This document shows positions 34,248-50,814 of a DNA stretch of 64,000 nt, piece after piece. Both the position numbers and the translations under genes were made by a program. The stretch spans positions 23,107,497 to 23,171,496 of the forward strand of contig CM119269.1 in NCBI GenBank assembly GCA_051294375.1, in the 5' to 3' direction. Source of the stretch: Paraspadella gotoi. Its lineage: Eukaryota > Animalia > Chaetognatha. The notes beneath the pieces were generated by a model that worked only from the letters and a program-made list of their open reading frames with translations, was not told where the DNA came from and did no database searches. How positions within the stretch are numbered: position 1 is the first letter of the stretch; every line of letters begins with the position of its first letter.

Positions 34248-35110
34248 AAGTAATTGATTATTGATAAATAAACGAAAAGAAAACGATAGTAAACTTGAAA
34301 ATAAAAATCTTCAACCAAAAACAGGAAAAGCGAGAAAGAATTTTCCTTTTTTTTGGTTGATTGACTCTCGTAGTTTAGACGATCGATCCATTTTTGCACG
34401 AGATAATCATAATATAATTACATATATCTTTTTATCAAATTTTGGAGCCGCCTCCTTTGACGTACAAAAAATATGATTAAATTGTAAATATAGCTTTAGC
34501 TTAAGCCTTCGTTTCAGAAAAAAAAAAAGAAAATGTCTTTGTTTTGGTCTTTTACGCTCGTTTTTCAAATCGACGAGAGGCTCAACCGGTTTTTTTCTTT
34601 TTTTCGAAAATTAGACTCGAATTTTATATCATGGAAGAATGATTTTTGAAAAAAAGATTTTTTCTTTACAATTTGATCTTGTAATATTTATATTTTTATT
34701 AGTAATTATTGTCGGAAACAAAAATAATAAATGTTTCCGATAAAAAAACAATAGAGGACAATTTATGGTTTGTTGTATTTTTTTTAAAGACTCGTTTTGC
34801 ATTATTTTTATTGTTGACCCAAATTAAATAATAGATATTCAAAATTAAAAACTTACAAAATGGTTTGATTGCTTTTTAAAGAAAAATAATAATGAATACA
34901 TAAATAATCTTCTGTAGAAGACGAAAATATTTAATTAATTATCAATTAATTTTCAATCGATTATATATTTAATCCGCAAAAGCACAAATAAATTAAGGGA
35001 AATTAATGAAAGTCAAATAAAATTAAATAAAAAAAAAATTCATTAAATTAAAAAAGTAAATAAATGAATTAACGTCATGTATAAATTAAATTAAAAAAAA
35101 CAATTAAAAT

Positions 35111-37010
<1,900 letters not shown>

Positions 37011-38632
37011 TGTTTTTTGTTTTTTGTTTTTTTTTTCAGAAATGAACTTTAGAAGATAAACAAGAACGATAATTCCAATTTGTTGCGCTGCAGTGTCTTT
37101 CTTATTAATTAATTATAAAATAAATGTGTAATAAACGTTCTTGGTTGTTCGTTTATCTGCAAAGTCTTAACTTAAAACAATTAAATATTGTATATTATAT
37201 TGTATAGCGCGTTGATCACGTGACCACATTTTTTTATGGTTAAATAAAAAGCATTTACTGATTCCTTAACAGACGGTCGAGTAATAACTAAAATAACTAA
37301 GTATTTTATGAATAACGTCATATTAAATTTGGGGTCGTATGATCGTTTTTTGATTTGATCACATGAATCACATGAATCTGTTATATATGCATAATAGAAG
37401 TTTTATAATGGTACCTTACCATTCTACTAAATATGAACTTAATTGATGCGGTGAGTGGGAAAGGCAAATAGACAGACAGCCAACCTCCGATAGCCCGCTA
37501 GTACTCGCGAGTACTCGCGGCGCAACTAAAAATTAAGATGTTTTTTTAGAAACCTTTAATATAGTTCATTTCTGATTTCTATATATATATGCGCATTGGT
37601 TGGTTACCGCGTTACACATCTCAAATGAAAAAACATTTTAAATGTTTTTGAAAATGTTATTTAAATTTGTTGTGTATTTTTTAAAGAAGGAAACAGTAAC
37701 TTCTAAAAACTATATGTATAATTCGTCAATGAGTTGAGAAATCAGATGTATACATTTATTTATTGTTATTATTGAACAGCAAGACTTTAATTTTTATTAT
37801 TTAACAAAAAAAAAAATATCCGTTTTGATTTTTTTTAGCTGATTTTTAACTGATTTTTTTACTCGGAACACGACGACGACGACGACAACAAAGACGACGA
37901 AAACGACAATGCAACCGTTCGCCACACGGAACATTCTGACCCTTTGCCTGCAAGAAACCAAAGCCGACGCCGACAACGAGTTTAACATGCAATTTCATTT
38001 CTTCCATCTGCTCTTCTGGTCGGTCGGTCTTTGTCATGTCATTAATNNNNNNNNNNTTTGTCATTCCATTAATAATTAATAAAACGACACTGAATTTAGC
38101 CTTTTTTTTTTAAAAGCGCTTAATTTCAGGGTTAGAGATGTTGGACATGAACTCTCGTCGTAATTCATCATTCTTATTTCCATTTTATAAAAAAAGTTTA
38201 TAAATATAAACAAGCGATATTTGGTTACAAACATTACTGTTCATTACTATCTCATTGCTTTGCTTAATCATGATTCCATTTTATACAGATTGTAATAATA
38301 TTAATTAGCCATCGTCGGGGTTTAGTATTTGTTTGCGTGGTTTATTTATGGTTTATATCGCTTGTGGCTAAGCCGAGCTTACCTGAGAGGTCATTGTTTA
38401 CTGATTGATTATCGATGCTTGCTTTTTGCTTACCTCTAGTTCTTGATCTCTAAAGACTCGTTTCAACCTGCGTTATTGATACTCTCAGAAGGGTGAGCAA
38501 GAGACGGAAAACCCCGCTCATCACTGGTGCATCGTCCAGTTCAATTTTTGTGTCAGAATCCCGGGTATCTCTCTCCCCCCCTCGTCCACACCCAGTGGGT
38601 GCGGATGCTCATCAGAGAGAGAGAGCTGGAAA

Positions 38633-38676
<44 letters not shown>

Positions 38677-39299
38677 CCTTAAATTTTTAAAGTAAAACTT
38701 TCTGCCATTCTGTATTTTTTTTTATAAAAAACAGTAAACAAGTATAAACTAAACTATTAAAATTCAACAAAAAAAGGACTCATGAATAAAATGTTATGAA
38801 CTAATTCATAAGAAACTATCAAATATATTATATAACGTTCAAGAACGTTCCAAATTCAAATTTTTAAACCAAAAAAACATCAAGTATATATTACTTAATA
38901 ATACTTATATCTTAACTTATCTTATATATAACTACAATGAAATAACTGAACAAAAATTAAGTGGAAAATTAAATAGTCATTAAACTCTATCTAAAGTAAA
39001 AAAGTAAACTAAGACTTCGATGAAAACCGTATCATAAGATATAAAAAATGATCTAAAGTACTATAGTATGTAAATGAGAATAAAGACCTCAATCTCATAA
39101 GAAATGAACCACAAATAACTCAACTACACCAATTTTCTTCTGACTCAATTACAATTACAGTAAAAACAAAGCGAGGGCTTTTTTTAACGTAATTTTTTTT
39201 AAAACACTTACAGATATTGCTTTTACTTTGACTTATAGTCCATAAACAATTACAATTTGTTACATCCAAGTTATTCGCTCTTTTGTTCTTTTTTAAAAT

Positions 39300-39419
39300 T
39301 TTCGTCTCTGCCCGAGAGATGGCCGCGCGACTCTACCCCTCCTATTCGTCGGGGGGGGGTAGGGCGTGGCTCTTAAGGAATTTGACACGCGCGCGAGAGA
39401 AAAAAGTCATGTGTCACGC

Positions 39420-39451
<32 letters not shown>

Positions 39452-39856
39452 AGGCTGAGGAGAAAGGGTGTCACACAAAAAAAGTTTTTTTAAAAGTGGT
39501 TTATTCTTATTTATATTTTTGAAAAGAAAAAAAAAGTTTTTTCTTAAATTATCGCTTCAATTTGTTTAATATTATAATCGTAATAAAAATTCAATAAAAA
39601 CCTTTCATTATCGTTTCAGAATTTTTATCTTCCTGGATCTAAATATTCAAATTAGTACTTCAAATAATTCATCAAAGAAAATCTTTAATACCAACGATAT
39701 ATCTTAAATTCAAAATAATTAGAAATAAAAATAAATGAGAAATAAATATTTTCTTTTTTTTTTGAAACACCTCTTCCCCTTAAAAGGGAGGCGGGGATAC
39801 AAATCGCGTGACTTTAAAAGAAAAGATTGATTTTTGGTTTTTCTTTTGAGGGAGAC

Positions 39857-39913
<57 letters not shown>

Positions 39914-39960
39914 CAAGTAAGCTTGAACGCGCGACGTTTGGAAGAGTCCGTGTCGTCGTC
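39300..39960. promoter_or_regulatory. CpG-rich promoter-like patch
   Basis: AGATGGCCGC (YY1-like), GGGCGTGGC (Sp/KLF-like), several CGCGCG and TCGCGTGAC motifs, and GA repeats in otherwise AT-rich DNA. No linked CDS was identified. Confidence 0.35.
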
Positions 39961-42900
39961 GTTGTTGTTGTTATCGTTGTTGTTTGTGAAGTCATGATAA
40001 TTTATGAGGTTATAACTTGAATTATCATTACAGCACGGGAGGACGTACAGATTACATATAAGTTTTACAGAACCGGAGTGATAACGATATTCTAAAAATC
40101 TTTTGTTTTTTTTATATTTGTTTCGGGGAGGGGATTTTTTTGAAAGAAAAACGATAGAGGGCGGGACGTTCTGCGATTTTTTGTTTTTTTTTAAATATAT
40201 TTGCATCAATGGCGAAATTCTATTTTTTTATTAAAAAAAAAGAGTTAATAAAATGAAAATATTGTTCATTGAAAAAGGAATTTCGCTATTTAAAAAAAAG
40301 CCGAATAATGTATAGAGGCTCGAATTGAATTAGTGTTTTTTGCACTTAAAAAAAGGCATTTTTCATTATTATTATTTTTCAAAAAAAGCGCTATTATCGC
40401 ATTATTTTTTTGTGTTATTAAAGAATACTGTTAATCACGCCATCTGAAATTTGACATGCAGGAGTACTACTTATTTTTTTGACTTTCTGTTTGATTCAAA
40501 ATAATTTCAAGTCTGTAATTTTTTTGTTTTTGTTCTAATTTGTTTTTTTTGTCATGAGTTATTGAGAATCTACACGTTTATAGGTTTCTAGCAGTACTTA
40601 CAAGGGAGTCAAGTACTTTAAATGAGGAGCAGCTATGTTCTTCTTTTTTTTGTTTTTACTGAAGGAAGTTAAGTACTTAACTATTTTTTTATTCTTTTTT
40701 GTTTTTAATAGTCAACTACTAGGTACCTACACATGACTAATAGTTACTTGTCGAATTCTTATTTAATTAATCATTTGGTAAAGTAATACATCGGAAATAA
40801 CGAGATGGTAGGGAGTTCGTTGAAGACGAAGAGACTCCGAAAGGCTGTGACTACGACATAAGCTTTAAAAAAAGCTTTAAAAAAGCTTTAAAATTTTACA
40901 GTGCTTTAGAATATATTTTAATTTTAAACCTAATATTAAATTAAAAAAAATTATAAATTTAACGATTGAATGATTGAGTCACTCGCCCAAAGGAAACTAG
41001 GGCTTCAACGACCTACTTCTTATAAGGAATAACATTATTTTTTCTCCAAAGTCTTTTTTTAAAAACTCTTTTACCTTTTTTTATTTGATCCCCTTTTTTG
41101 TTTTTTCTCTCTTTTTTTAACGCGAGAGGGACGGGGAAAGAGAGAGAGGGAAAAAACAGGGCAAGGCAAGATTTTGGGGAAGAGATTGGAGCAGGGCGGA
41201 GCAGGGCAGAAGCATGGGGAAAGGATAAAAGGCAAGGGGAAGGCGGGGCATAAATTGGGCAAAAAAAGGTCTTTTCTTTGTCTCTGTGAGGAAGTCAGCT
41301 TAGAATTCCCTTCGACCATTTTTGTGGGGCAAATTTATTTCTTGGCGGCGATCTTGTTAGGACTATGAAAAGCGTCAGGTAGTTGACTCGTACCCAAATG
41401 AAGCCAAATTAGGCTAAATAAGGCCAAATTAGGCCAAATGTGGCCAAAATAAGACCAAATGCAAGCCTGAGACAGTTTAGGGCTGTGCCCAGATGGACCT
41501 AGCTTAGGAACTTAGGCCACCTTGCTAAGTGAATTTAGGGAAAGGTACTATGCAGGGTTCTGCAAATTGCCTCTCTCTGCTTCCAGTGTGGTAAAGATAT
41601 TTTGATTTTATTTTTTTTTGTTTTCAATTATTTATCCCTCATCTGCTTTTCTGCATTCATGTCTAAAACCGTCCGAACTTTGAGGATTAGTAAGCAAAAA
41701 CAAAATTTCTGCTTGCCTGAATATCAGCAAAAATAATGATGATGATAATATTTTCTGTACTGTTATAATTTTATTGGTTTTTTTTTATTAGCTGAATTTT
41801 TTTTAGCAAAGCAATATACATGCGAGAATCTGGTAAGTTACAGCTTAATTGGCATCCATTTAAAAAAAAATAACTTTAAAAATTAATTAATATCTGTAAT
41901 TATTTATTAATAAAAAGTTTATTTTAAAAAATAAATTTTTGATAAATAGAATTATTCTTTCTTTTAAGTGATATTATAAAATCAAAAACAGTATACTATT
42001 AGGGCCATCATTAGTTGAGAAGCTGATAAATGCAATTTAAAAAAAGATTTATAAATGTTTAAAATTAAAAATTATTTAAAAATATTAATTGGTAGAAAAA
42101 GGATACCTATCATGCTGTATGAGTAATAATAAAAAATCATATGCTTTTTTAAAGATTAAAATATAAAAATCTCTGGATATAATTTTTAACAATAAGAGTC
42201 TTTTTATACATTTGTATCCATAATTTTAAGATTTATAATTCTAATTAAAAATATCTTCAAATTTTTTTTAAGCTTGTGCTTATTAATATTTCTAAACTTC
42301 TCCTTAAGAATAAAACATAAAAGTATTTAAAAATAATTTACTAATTTGATTTTATAAAAAGTATCATAAGAATATATTCCTTTTAGAATAAAATCTTAAA
42401 AGTTTTTAATTTAAAACTTTGATGTATAAATTTTTATGAATATAAAATTAAAATTAGTGTTCTTTTATAGCAGAAAATTTGCTTTACTTTCAAGCCGCAA
42501 CAGTGCCCTCTATAATATTTATTTTGGTTATTTTTTTTAATTAAGGGTAAAATTTAAACTATTAAATCTTTTTAGATACATTTTTGGAAGAAAAATTTGC
42601 TTTTATTTTTATTGTTCAAAATAATTTATATATTTTTCAGAAACCAAAAGATCATAAAAAATTTTCATAGACCTTATTTTAATTCAAAATGAATACAATG
42701 ACTAAATCAATTTCTTATCCAATTTGTCTCAAACTCTTGATGAATAAAAATACTCAAAATTCGGTTTTTAGATAGAATTTTTTCAATTTTTTTTGTACAG
42801 ATGAGCGAAGTGACTTTTATTTATCTCCTCCAAGCGGAAGTCGCGATTTTTTAAAATTTCATTTTGGTTTAAAAAAATAAAAAGAAAAAAAATATTTAAG

Positions 42901-44684
42901 CTCCTTTTTTATTTTTTTGGTTTGAAAAGGTCATTTTTTTAAGGTTTTTATTTTGTATGGGGTTATTTAATGGAGCATAATGGGGCATAGCCCTTTACTT
43001 TTTGTACAGTAGTTTTTTTATAAGTAATAAATTCAACAATAACAACAGGGGGCGAACGAAACTTTAGATTGAAGCCCAGAGAAAAATCGGATCAATATTT
43101 TTTTTAAAACCTTTGTAAAATTTGAATTAGAATCAATAACATATTGTATTTTCCTCGAAGAGAGAAAACTGGCAATTAATTAATTAATCAGCTAATTAAA
43201 AAAATGTATTTAAAAATAGCAAAATTGCGTGAAGGGTGAAAAAGCTTTGGACAAAAGAATTTGAAAACTCTTTTTTTTTGCTCAATTAATGACATAAAAT
43301 TTTTAATTCTTTTCTTTAAAGTTTTAGTTCGCTTGAAAAAAATACTTTAAACTTTAGAGGGCAGCACGAGACGAAAATTGATTAAAATAAAGTGCATCAT
43401 TAAAACAAAATAATTTTTGTAAGGTTTAAATATTTCTCATAATTGTGTTCTGATACTAAATGACAATTTTGAATACTGAAATTAATTTAGTAAATAAAGC
43501 AGGAGTAAAAAAATATAGTAACACAGATTTAAAAAAAAATTGAGCAAAATGACTATATGGGTTTTTTCTATAAAACAGCTTTAACAAGTGAGAGAAATAG
43601 GAGGTGCCTTTTTTGTTTACATATATAAAGTTTAGTACTGAATGTTGGTTTACAAATAAAGCAAAATCAGAATTTGTTAACACGACTGAAAAAACAAACC
43701 TAGATGAGTGTTAATTGGTAAATAAGAGACAAAAAATAAAAAAAATTCGCTGTAAGATTTTTTTTTTGCTTGGCTCCGAAACAAAACTTTTTTGTGACTC
43801 ATGCGCTTGGTGATAGTTTTTTAAAAAAATATGAAATAATAGATTTATAAATTTAGTAATGAATTTAGGTTAGTTACAACAATTTATCTTTAGGATATAC
43901 ATTTGACGACCGATTTTTTTTTCCAAAACAATTTTTTTGTTGGTAAATTTTTATTTTTTGAGAAGAAAAATAAAAATCGATCATTTTTTTGGGTTTTAAT
44001 TAAGGAAAGGCTCTCTTTTCCGGAACTGCCTCTTTATTAATCCTTAACTCCTAAACCTTTGTTTAACCATTATGTTTAACCCTCTATTCCCTAATCCCTA
44101 ACCCAAACTCTATACCCTCATCCTTAACCCTAACCTAAAATATAACCCTAACCCTAATCTTTAACCCTAACCCTTGACCTGAAACCTAAATCCTTAAACG
44201 TACCTAATCACCAACCTAATCCTTAACCCCATAACCATTAAACTATTTCTTAACCTAATTTCTAACCCTAACTCTAACCTTTTAAGCTAATCTTTAAACC
44301 TAAAAAATAACCTAATTTCGAGTTTAGGATGAAATGGAGCGCTAGGGGAAAAGGTGGCTTAATGGGTATTTTTTTTTTTAAATTTGTAAAATTTATATGA
44401 TGTATTTTTCAACTTTTTTATTACCTTTCGTTTTGTATTTGTTTTTTTTTGTGGTGGTGTTTTGTTTGGTTGAAATTGTATCGCCTTCACCGAACATCAT
44501 AGACTTTTTATTGTTTTAATAATTAAGCCGTATTAATAATATACGGTGACCATATACAGTACCAACGCACGGCATACCGGTAGAGGTCGTTCCGTATAGT
44601 ATATAGCTGGATGTAGTTTTGTTTTTTTCGGAGGGCGCGGGGGGGGGGTTAGTTTTCAGGGTTAAAAGTTTTTTTGTTTTTTTT

Positions 44685-44976
44685 TTAGTAAGATCCGATG
44701 TAGACTTGGCACTTGGGCAAAAGTGATGAGCGGCCTTCAGTTCTCGAAGACAAAAGGGAATGAAGCAGCAGCTGGAAAAGTAATGGAATCTTATTATTAG
44801 TATTAATAGTAATAAAAATAATATTAAGAAGTAAAAGGTAGTATTGTAATAGTAATAATAATAATAATACTAATGATAATAATAATAATGATAATCATAT
44901 TAATAATAATCATATTAATAATAATAATATTATTAATAATAATAATAATAGTAATACTAATAATATTAATAATTAT

Positions 44977-45035
<59 letters not shown>

Positions 45036-48000
45036 TAATGATAATATTATATTAATAATAATCATAATAATAATAAGTTTGTAGGTTAGTTTTAAAGTTT
45101 TTTTATAAATATAAATACATTCTAAGTTGGACACGGAACATACTAAACTAAAAAGTCCAAGGTTCAATCCTATGATAATAAAAATAAAAATAGGTATTAT
45201 AGTATTATAGTATTAATAATGATAAGTATCGTATTACTATTAACATTACCTAATTGCTAAAAATATTAACAAAAACACATTTATCAATTAAATATTTAAA
45301 AATATTTAATTGTATATCTTTTATTGTTCTTAAATAGTTATTACACCTATATAGTACATATTCTGTTCTTTTTACCAATAATTCAAAACAAGTTTGTGAA
45401 CTTACTGCAACACATTATTCTAATTTCACCCTTTGATTACCAGTTCTCAAGGATTTTTAAATGCATGCAGTTAACTAAACTAAAATAAGCCAACCGAAAC
45501 TCACTATAAGCGCTTATTATTTGTTACTTAGTATTAGTATTCCCCACATTTTCTGCTAGTACCAGTCAGTACTCACCAACATATACAACAAATGCCAGCT
45601 GCAAAATATGTGCAGTCATCTGATTTGTAAGTGATTTTGGTGTATATCTGCTTGTAACAGTGAGGGCATTTCATGAGTTTTGGGTGTTGGCCAAGATTAG
45701 CTCGCCACTTCAATGGCCTGGCTGCAGAAGGTCCTGCATTACAAAGATGAAAAAAATGGAATCATATCAATTGGATCAGGATAAGACTGGTTAAATAAGG
45801 TTAAGAAACGGTTCTATTTTCCCAGAGCGCCCCAAAAATAAATTACCTGGAGTTGTTTGTATTGGCTGCACAGTTACTGTTGTCCCCGATGGTAAAAGTT
45901 GACCGCCTTAAAAACAAACAATACTTTGTATCATTAATTTTTACTTCGTGTCAATTGATTTGACTCACGGGGTAAATATGAGAATAAAGTATTCCATGTT
46001 AAAGTGTTTTATGTACAAATGAATTGAAATGTAGTTTTTTAAAACATTTTTCGGAATATTTAAGCTCCCAGTGGTGTTTTGAGGGTACAATCACAATATA
46101 AAAGTATTTTTATTGTTTTTTTTATTATTATTATTTGGATACAGTCTTTATCTTCTAAGAGTGACAAAGGCATTAACCCACCAAAGCCTGTCCAAAGTCA
46201 GGGTCAAGAATCAAGATAGCTTATTTATTAAATGAATGAATAATTTTCATACTAGTTGCACCAATTTGGATTTTATTGTCAATTCATTCAATTAATATGC
46301 TTGCTCATGACTTGGAACAGGCTTTTTTATCGTTTACAGGAAACCCAGTTAGATATCCCCTTTGAGTTTTACAAACCTTTGTACTAAAATTAAAAAGTAA
46401 TAAACTTCGGGGAAAACACTCTAGGTATAGGGGCCGCCCCCTACAGCTGCCTTTTCAGATGACGTCATATTTTCATATTTTCATAATTACAATCAAACAC
46501 AAGAATTATTAAACAGCAATAGGGGTTGCTTTCCGATACTAGCGCCTCCAACTGACCTTCAGATGTTTCTTTTCTATCTTCGTGTTCCTCCACGTGTTTG
46601 TTGCCTCCGTCGTGTCCCCCTCCTCCTCCTCCTCCTCCTCTGGAGGACCCCGTCATGACCATCGACTTGACCGTCTCCGCCTCTTCGGAAGTCTCGGGAG
46701 TTTTGGAGGAAATCTCGCCCGGGTTGAGGGACCCGATTGACGCGGGGTACACGCTGGGCGCCACGTGGGCTGTTTGAGGGTTTTGGGGCAAAGAGGGAGG
46801 AGGGAGAAAGGGGGGAGAGGCGGTTGGGGTTTGGGTGTTTGGTGTGAGGTTGGGGGAAAGTTGGGGGAATGTGGGATGAGAGGAAGAGGGAGAGTTGGGG
46901 GAAGTTGGCAGGGGAGGGAGGGGGATAGGGGGGAGAGTTGGGGGAAGTTGTGAGGAGGGGGAAAAAAGAGGGGGAGAGTTGGGGGAACGTTGGGGGGCAG
47001 GTGGGAAAAGGGGGAGAGGCGGTTGGGGTGTGACTTTAGTTGGGATATTTTTTCCTTTCTTAAAGCTCCTTGAATGATTTCTTTAAATTTAATTTTTTAA
47101 GGAATACATAAAGCTCATTTTTTATTCTAATATGGTTTGTTAGGAATTCTTAATAATATTTTTTTAGAAAGTAATTAAAGCCCGATTGAAAAAAAATGTC
47201 ACAAAAAAATTACACATGGTTTTTTACCTTTAACAAATCATTGGTAAAAAGTATTAGATGACATTATACATTATGAGCTAATTTGGTTAATTTGGTTGAT
47301 TTTGAATAAAATGCTTAAAAATTACATTTGATTAAAATTTACTTTTGATTAAAATTTGCATTTGATCAAAATTTATATTTGATTAAAATTGACAATTGAT
47401 TAAAATTGATATTTGATTAAAATTGATATTCCCCCTTCATTCATTCACTCCCCCTCTCATTCATTCCCCCCTTCATCTCATTCATTCCCCCTTCATTCTC
47501 TCATTCATTCCCCTCCTCTCATTCTCTTCCCGAATTTATTCTCATTCATTCCCCCTCTCATTCTCTCCCCTCTGCATTCTCATTCATTCATTCTTCCCAC
47601 TCATTCATTCCCCCCTCTATCATTTCCCTCTCTTCTTTCTATTCCCCCTTCATCTCATTCATTCCCCCTCTCATTCATTCCCCCCTCTCATTCTCTTTCC
47701 CCCTGCATTCTCATTCATTAATTCCCCATTTCATTCATTCCCCCTCTCATTCATTCCCCTCCTCTCATTCATACCCCTTCTCTCATTCTCTTCCCCCTTC
47801 ATTTCATTCATTCCCCTCTTCATTCCCATTCATTCCCCTTTTTTCATTCTCTTCCCCCCTGCATTCTTATTTATTCATTCCCCCTCTCATTCATTCCCCT
47901 CTCATTCATTTCCTTTTCATTCTTTTCCCTAATTCATTCTCATTCATTCCCCCTCTCATTCATTCTCCTTCTCTCATTCTCTTCCCCCCTGCTTTCTCAT

Positions 48001-50769
48001 TTATTCATTTCCCCTCTCATTAATTCCCCCTGTCATTCATTCCCCCCTCTCATTCTCTTCCCCCCTGCATTCTCATTCATTCATTCCCCCATTCTCATTC
48101 ATTCCCCTCTCCTCCCTTCCCCACCCTAACCTTTCCCAGTCATCGATCTAGGTATCGGATGCCCTGGTCCGGCTCCCGCCAATCCCGCCATGCCCGGATG
48201 TGGCCCACCCGGCATCCCTCCGGCACGGCGCCTCCGGCGCCGTCCGCAAGGCCGACGAGGTCGCTGCCGCGCCAGGACGGCGCGGCGGAAAGACGCCGCC
48301 CGATTGGACGCTACTCAATTGCCGTCGCTCGTACAAAAACTTGCTGCCTTCCGCAATCTTCATCGCGTAATAATCTGGAGGAAAGGGGGGGGGGGCGGCA
48401 CGTTGAATCCGGTAGCGAGGTGGACGTCATAAAATTCCGGGGGTGTGGGAAGGAGGAAAAGGGGAGTTAGGGGGGGGGAGGAAGAGTGAGTGAGGAAGAG
48501 GGGGAGAGGAAAGAGGGGAGGGGGAAAAAGAGGAGAGAGGGGAGAGAGTGGAAAGAGTATAAGAGGGAGAGTGAGTGAGTTGAAGGGAAAAGAGGAGAGA
48601 GGAGCGAAGAGGAAGGGAGAGAGATGAAGAGCAAGAGAAAAAAAATGGGGATATATTGGAGAAAGGAGGGCATCCTACTTGTTGAGGTAGTCAGGTTTTA
48701 AATAATTAATATTATTAAAATTTCTTATAAACTATACTCACAAAACCAACCTGCATAATGGCATACTATGAAGAATATGCCATACCATGCCAAACCTACT
48801 TTAGCCCCGGCCACATTAATTACAGAAATAACTTCCCACAAATTTAATGATTTTTACTCTCGACTTTTTAATCACATATCACACTTCCTACTAGTCTCAC
48901 ATTTCCCACACCACGCACACTGATCCACACCTGCATCAGTTTTCACGCGCGCCTTTTCCTTTGGTCGGTAATGACCGGGAAGACTATGGCTGGTTCCCAG
49001 AGACGTGATATCTGAGTTGGAAGAAATGAAACAAAATAATTTAATAAAATATAAATTAATTAAAATAAAAACATAATAAATCATTGATAAGCCTATGGCT
49101 GGTTCCCAGAGACGTGATATCTAAGTTTGAATAAATGAAACAAAAATAATTTAATAAAATATCAATTAATTAAAATAATAAAAACATAATAAATCATTGA
49201 TAAGCCTATTGCTGGTTCTCAGAGACGTGATATCTGAGTTGGAAGAAATGAAACCAAAATAATTTAATAAAACATCAATTAATTAAAATGAATTCATTCT
49301 CCTACTATGATATTAATAATTTATAATGACTGTAGGAGGAAACGAATGATAAATAATATCCAAAGAACAATCAATGAATGATCGATGAATAATCAATGAA
49401 TGATCGATGTATAATCAATGAATAATCGATGTATAATCAATGAATAATCAATGAGTAATTAATCAATGAATAAAACAACTGAATGAATTTCCGATGAGAA
49501 ATGAATCCGATGATGAATAAGTTCTTCAAAAGTTTCTTCCCGATCTGGGTGGTTCCAAGGGACATGATATCTGGGTGGTTCCAAGGGACATGATATCTCT
49601 GAAATAAAAATAATTTAGTAAAATATCAATTAATGAAAATTAATTTAAATTTAAATTTAAATTTAAATTCCAAGGGACATGATATCTCTGAAATAAAAAT
49701 AATTTTGTAAAATATCAATTAATGAAAATTAATATATAATAAATTAATGATAAGACTATATCTAGTTCCCAGAGATGTGATATCTGAGCTGGAAGAATAG
49801 TATACACCTTTTTAAACCATAAAAATTATTACAATAACTCGCCTAAAAGATTTACATAGATAAATTCAAAAAAATGGCAAAATTGAAAATGAAATTTTAA
49901 ATATTATTAGTTTCTACAATTTTGTTCATTCTTGATTTAATATCAAATTTTGATCAGAAACAAATCAATAATACTTAATTTTCCTAGATTTTTATTACTT
50001 TATATTTATTTTTTTTAAAATTATAACTAGAAGGACTCAGAACCTCATAAAATTTTGAATGTTAATCTTAACAAGTCAGAGCCAAGAGCTCCCAACAACA
50101 ACATCAACCACAACATCAACAAACTCGCCTTGCAATGGCTCCCCGAGGAAAGACGTTTCTTGCATTTCCTGCATTTTTTTGAAAGGAAGCGCCGGCCCAG
50201 GATGATCGCGCCCCTTGAGCCCCGATGCGGCGTCGTGAGGGGCGCCGGGAATGGCGCCGCCTCCTTGCCCGGCGTCGCCGCGTCCCCACAACCAAGGATC
50301 GTAGGATTTGACGCGCGGCGCCAAGGGCGTCAACTGCTTGTCGAAGACCGAGGCGCCGCCGAACCCCGGGGCTCCGGAGGAAGAGGAAGAGTTTTGTCGA
50401 TGCCAAAGCGGGTCCGAGATCCCGTTCCCAATTGCGCTAATTCCTAACGAAGGCTCCGAAGAGCCCGCCAGGCCGAGCCCGCCGCCCAAGGAGCCTCCCT
50501 GCGTGCCTCCCGGGCCGCCGCCGCCGAAGGGCCCCAACCCGCCTCTGCCAACGCTACCGCCGCCTCCGCCGACTGCGCCGTCGTAACTGGCCCGCTCTCT
50601 CGAAGAAGATTGATGATGCGAGGCGGAATGATGCCGTCCGCCTGAGTCGCTGCTTCGATGCTTTCGTCGACTTCGCGATTGTCTGGGGGCGTGGTTCAAG
50701 GCGCTCGATGATGAGCCGCCCACGACGAGACCGCCCGACGAGGTTAGTTCGTTCTTGGCAAGAACACCA

Positions 50770-50814
<45 letters not shown>

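Noticed and set aside
37860-38045. GC-richer exon-like patch (MQPFATRNILTLCLQETK...)
   Set aside because: No recognisable homology or partner exons and adjacent to a gap, so it cannot be supported as a CDS.
44000-44360. Interstitial telomere
   Set aside because: The TAACCC units are degenerate and bounded by the MITE-like TIRs seen at several other loci.
48982-49300. Regularly spaced repeats resembling a CRISPR array
   Set aside because: The spacers are themselves repeated, the context is a eukaryotic intron, and there are no cas genes. It is an ordinary tandem repeat.
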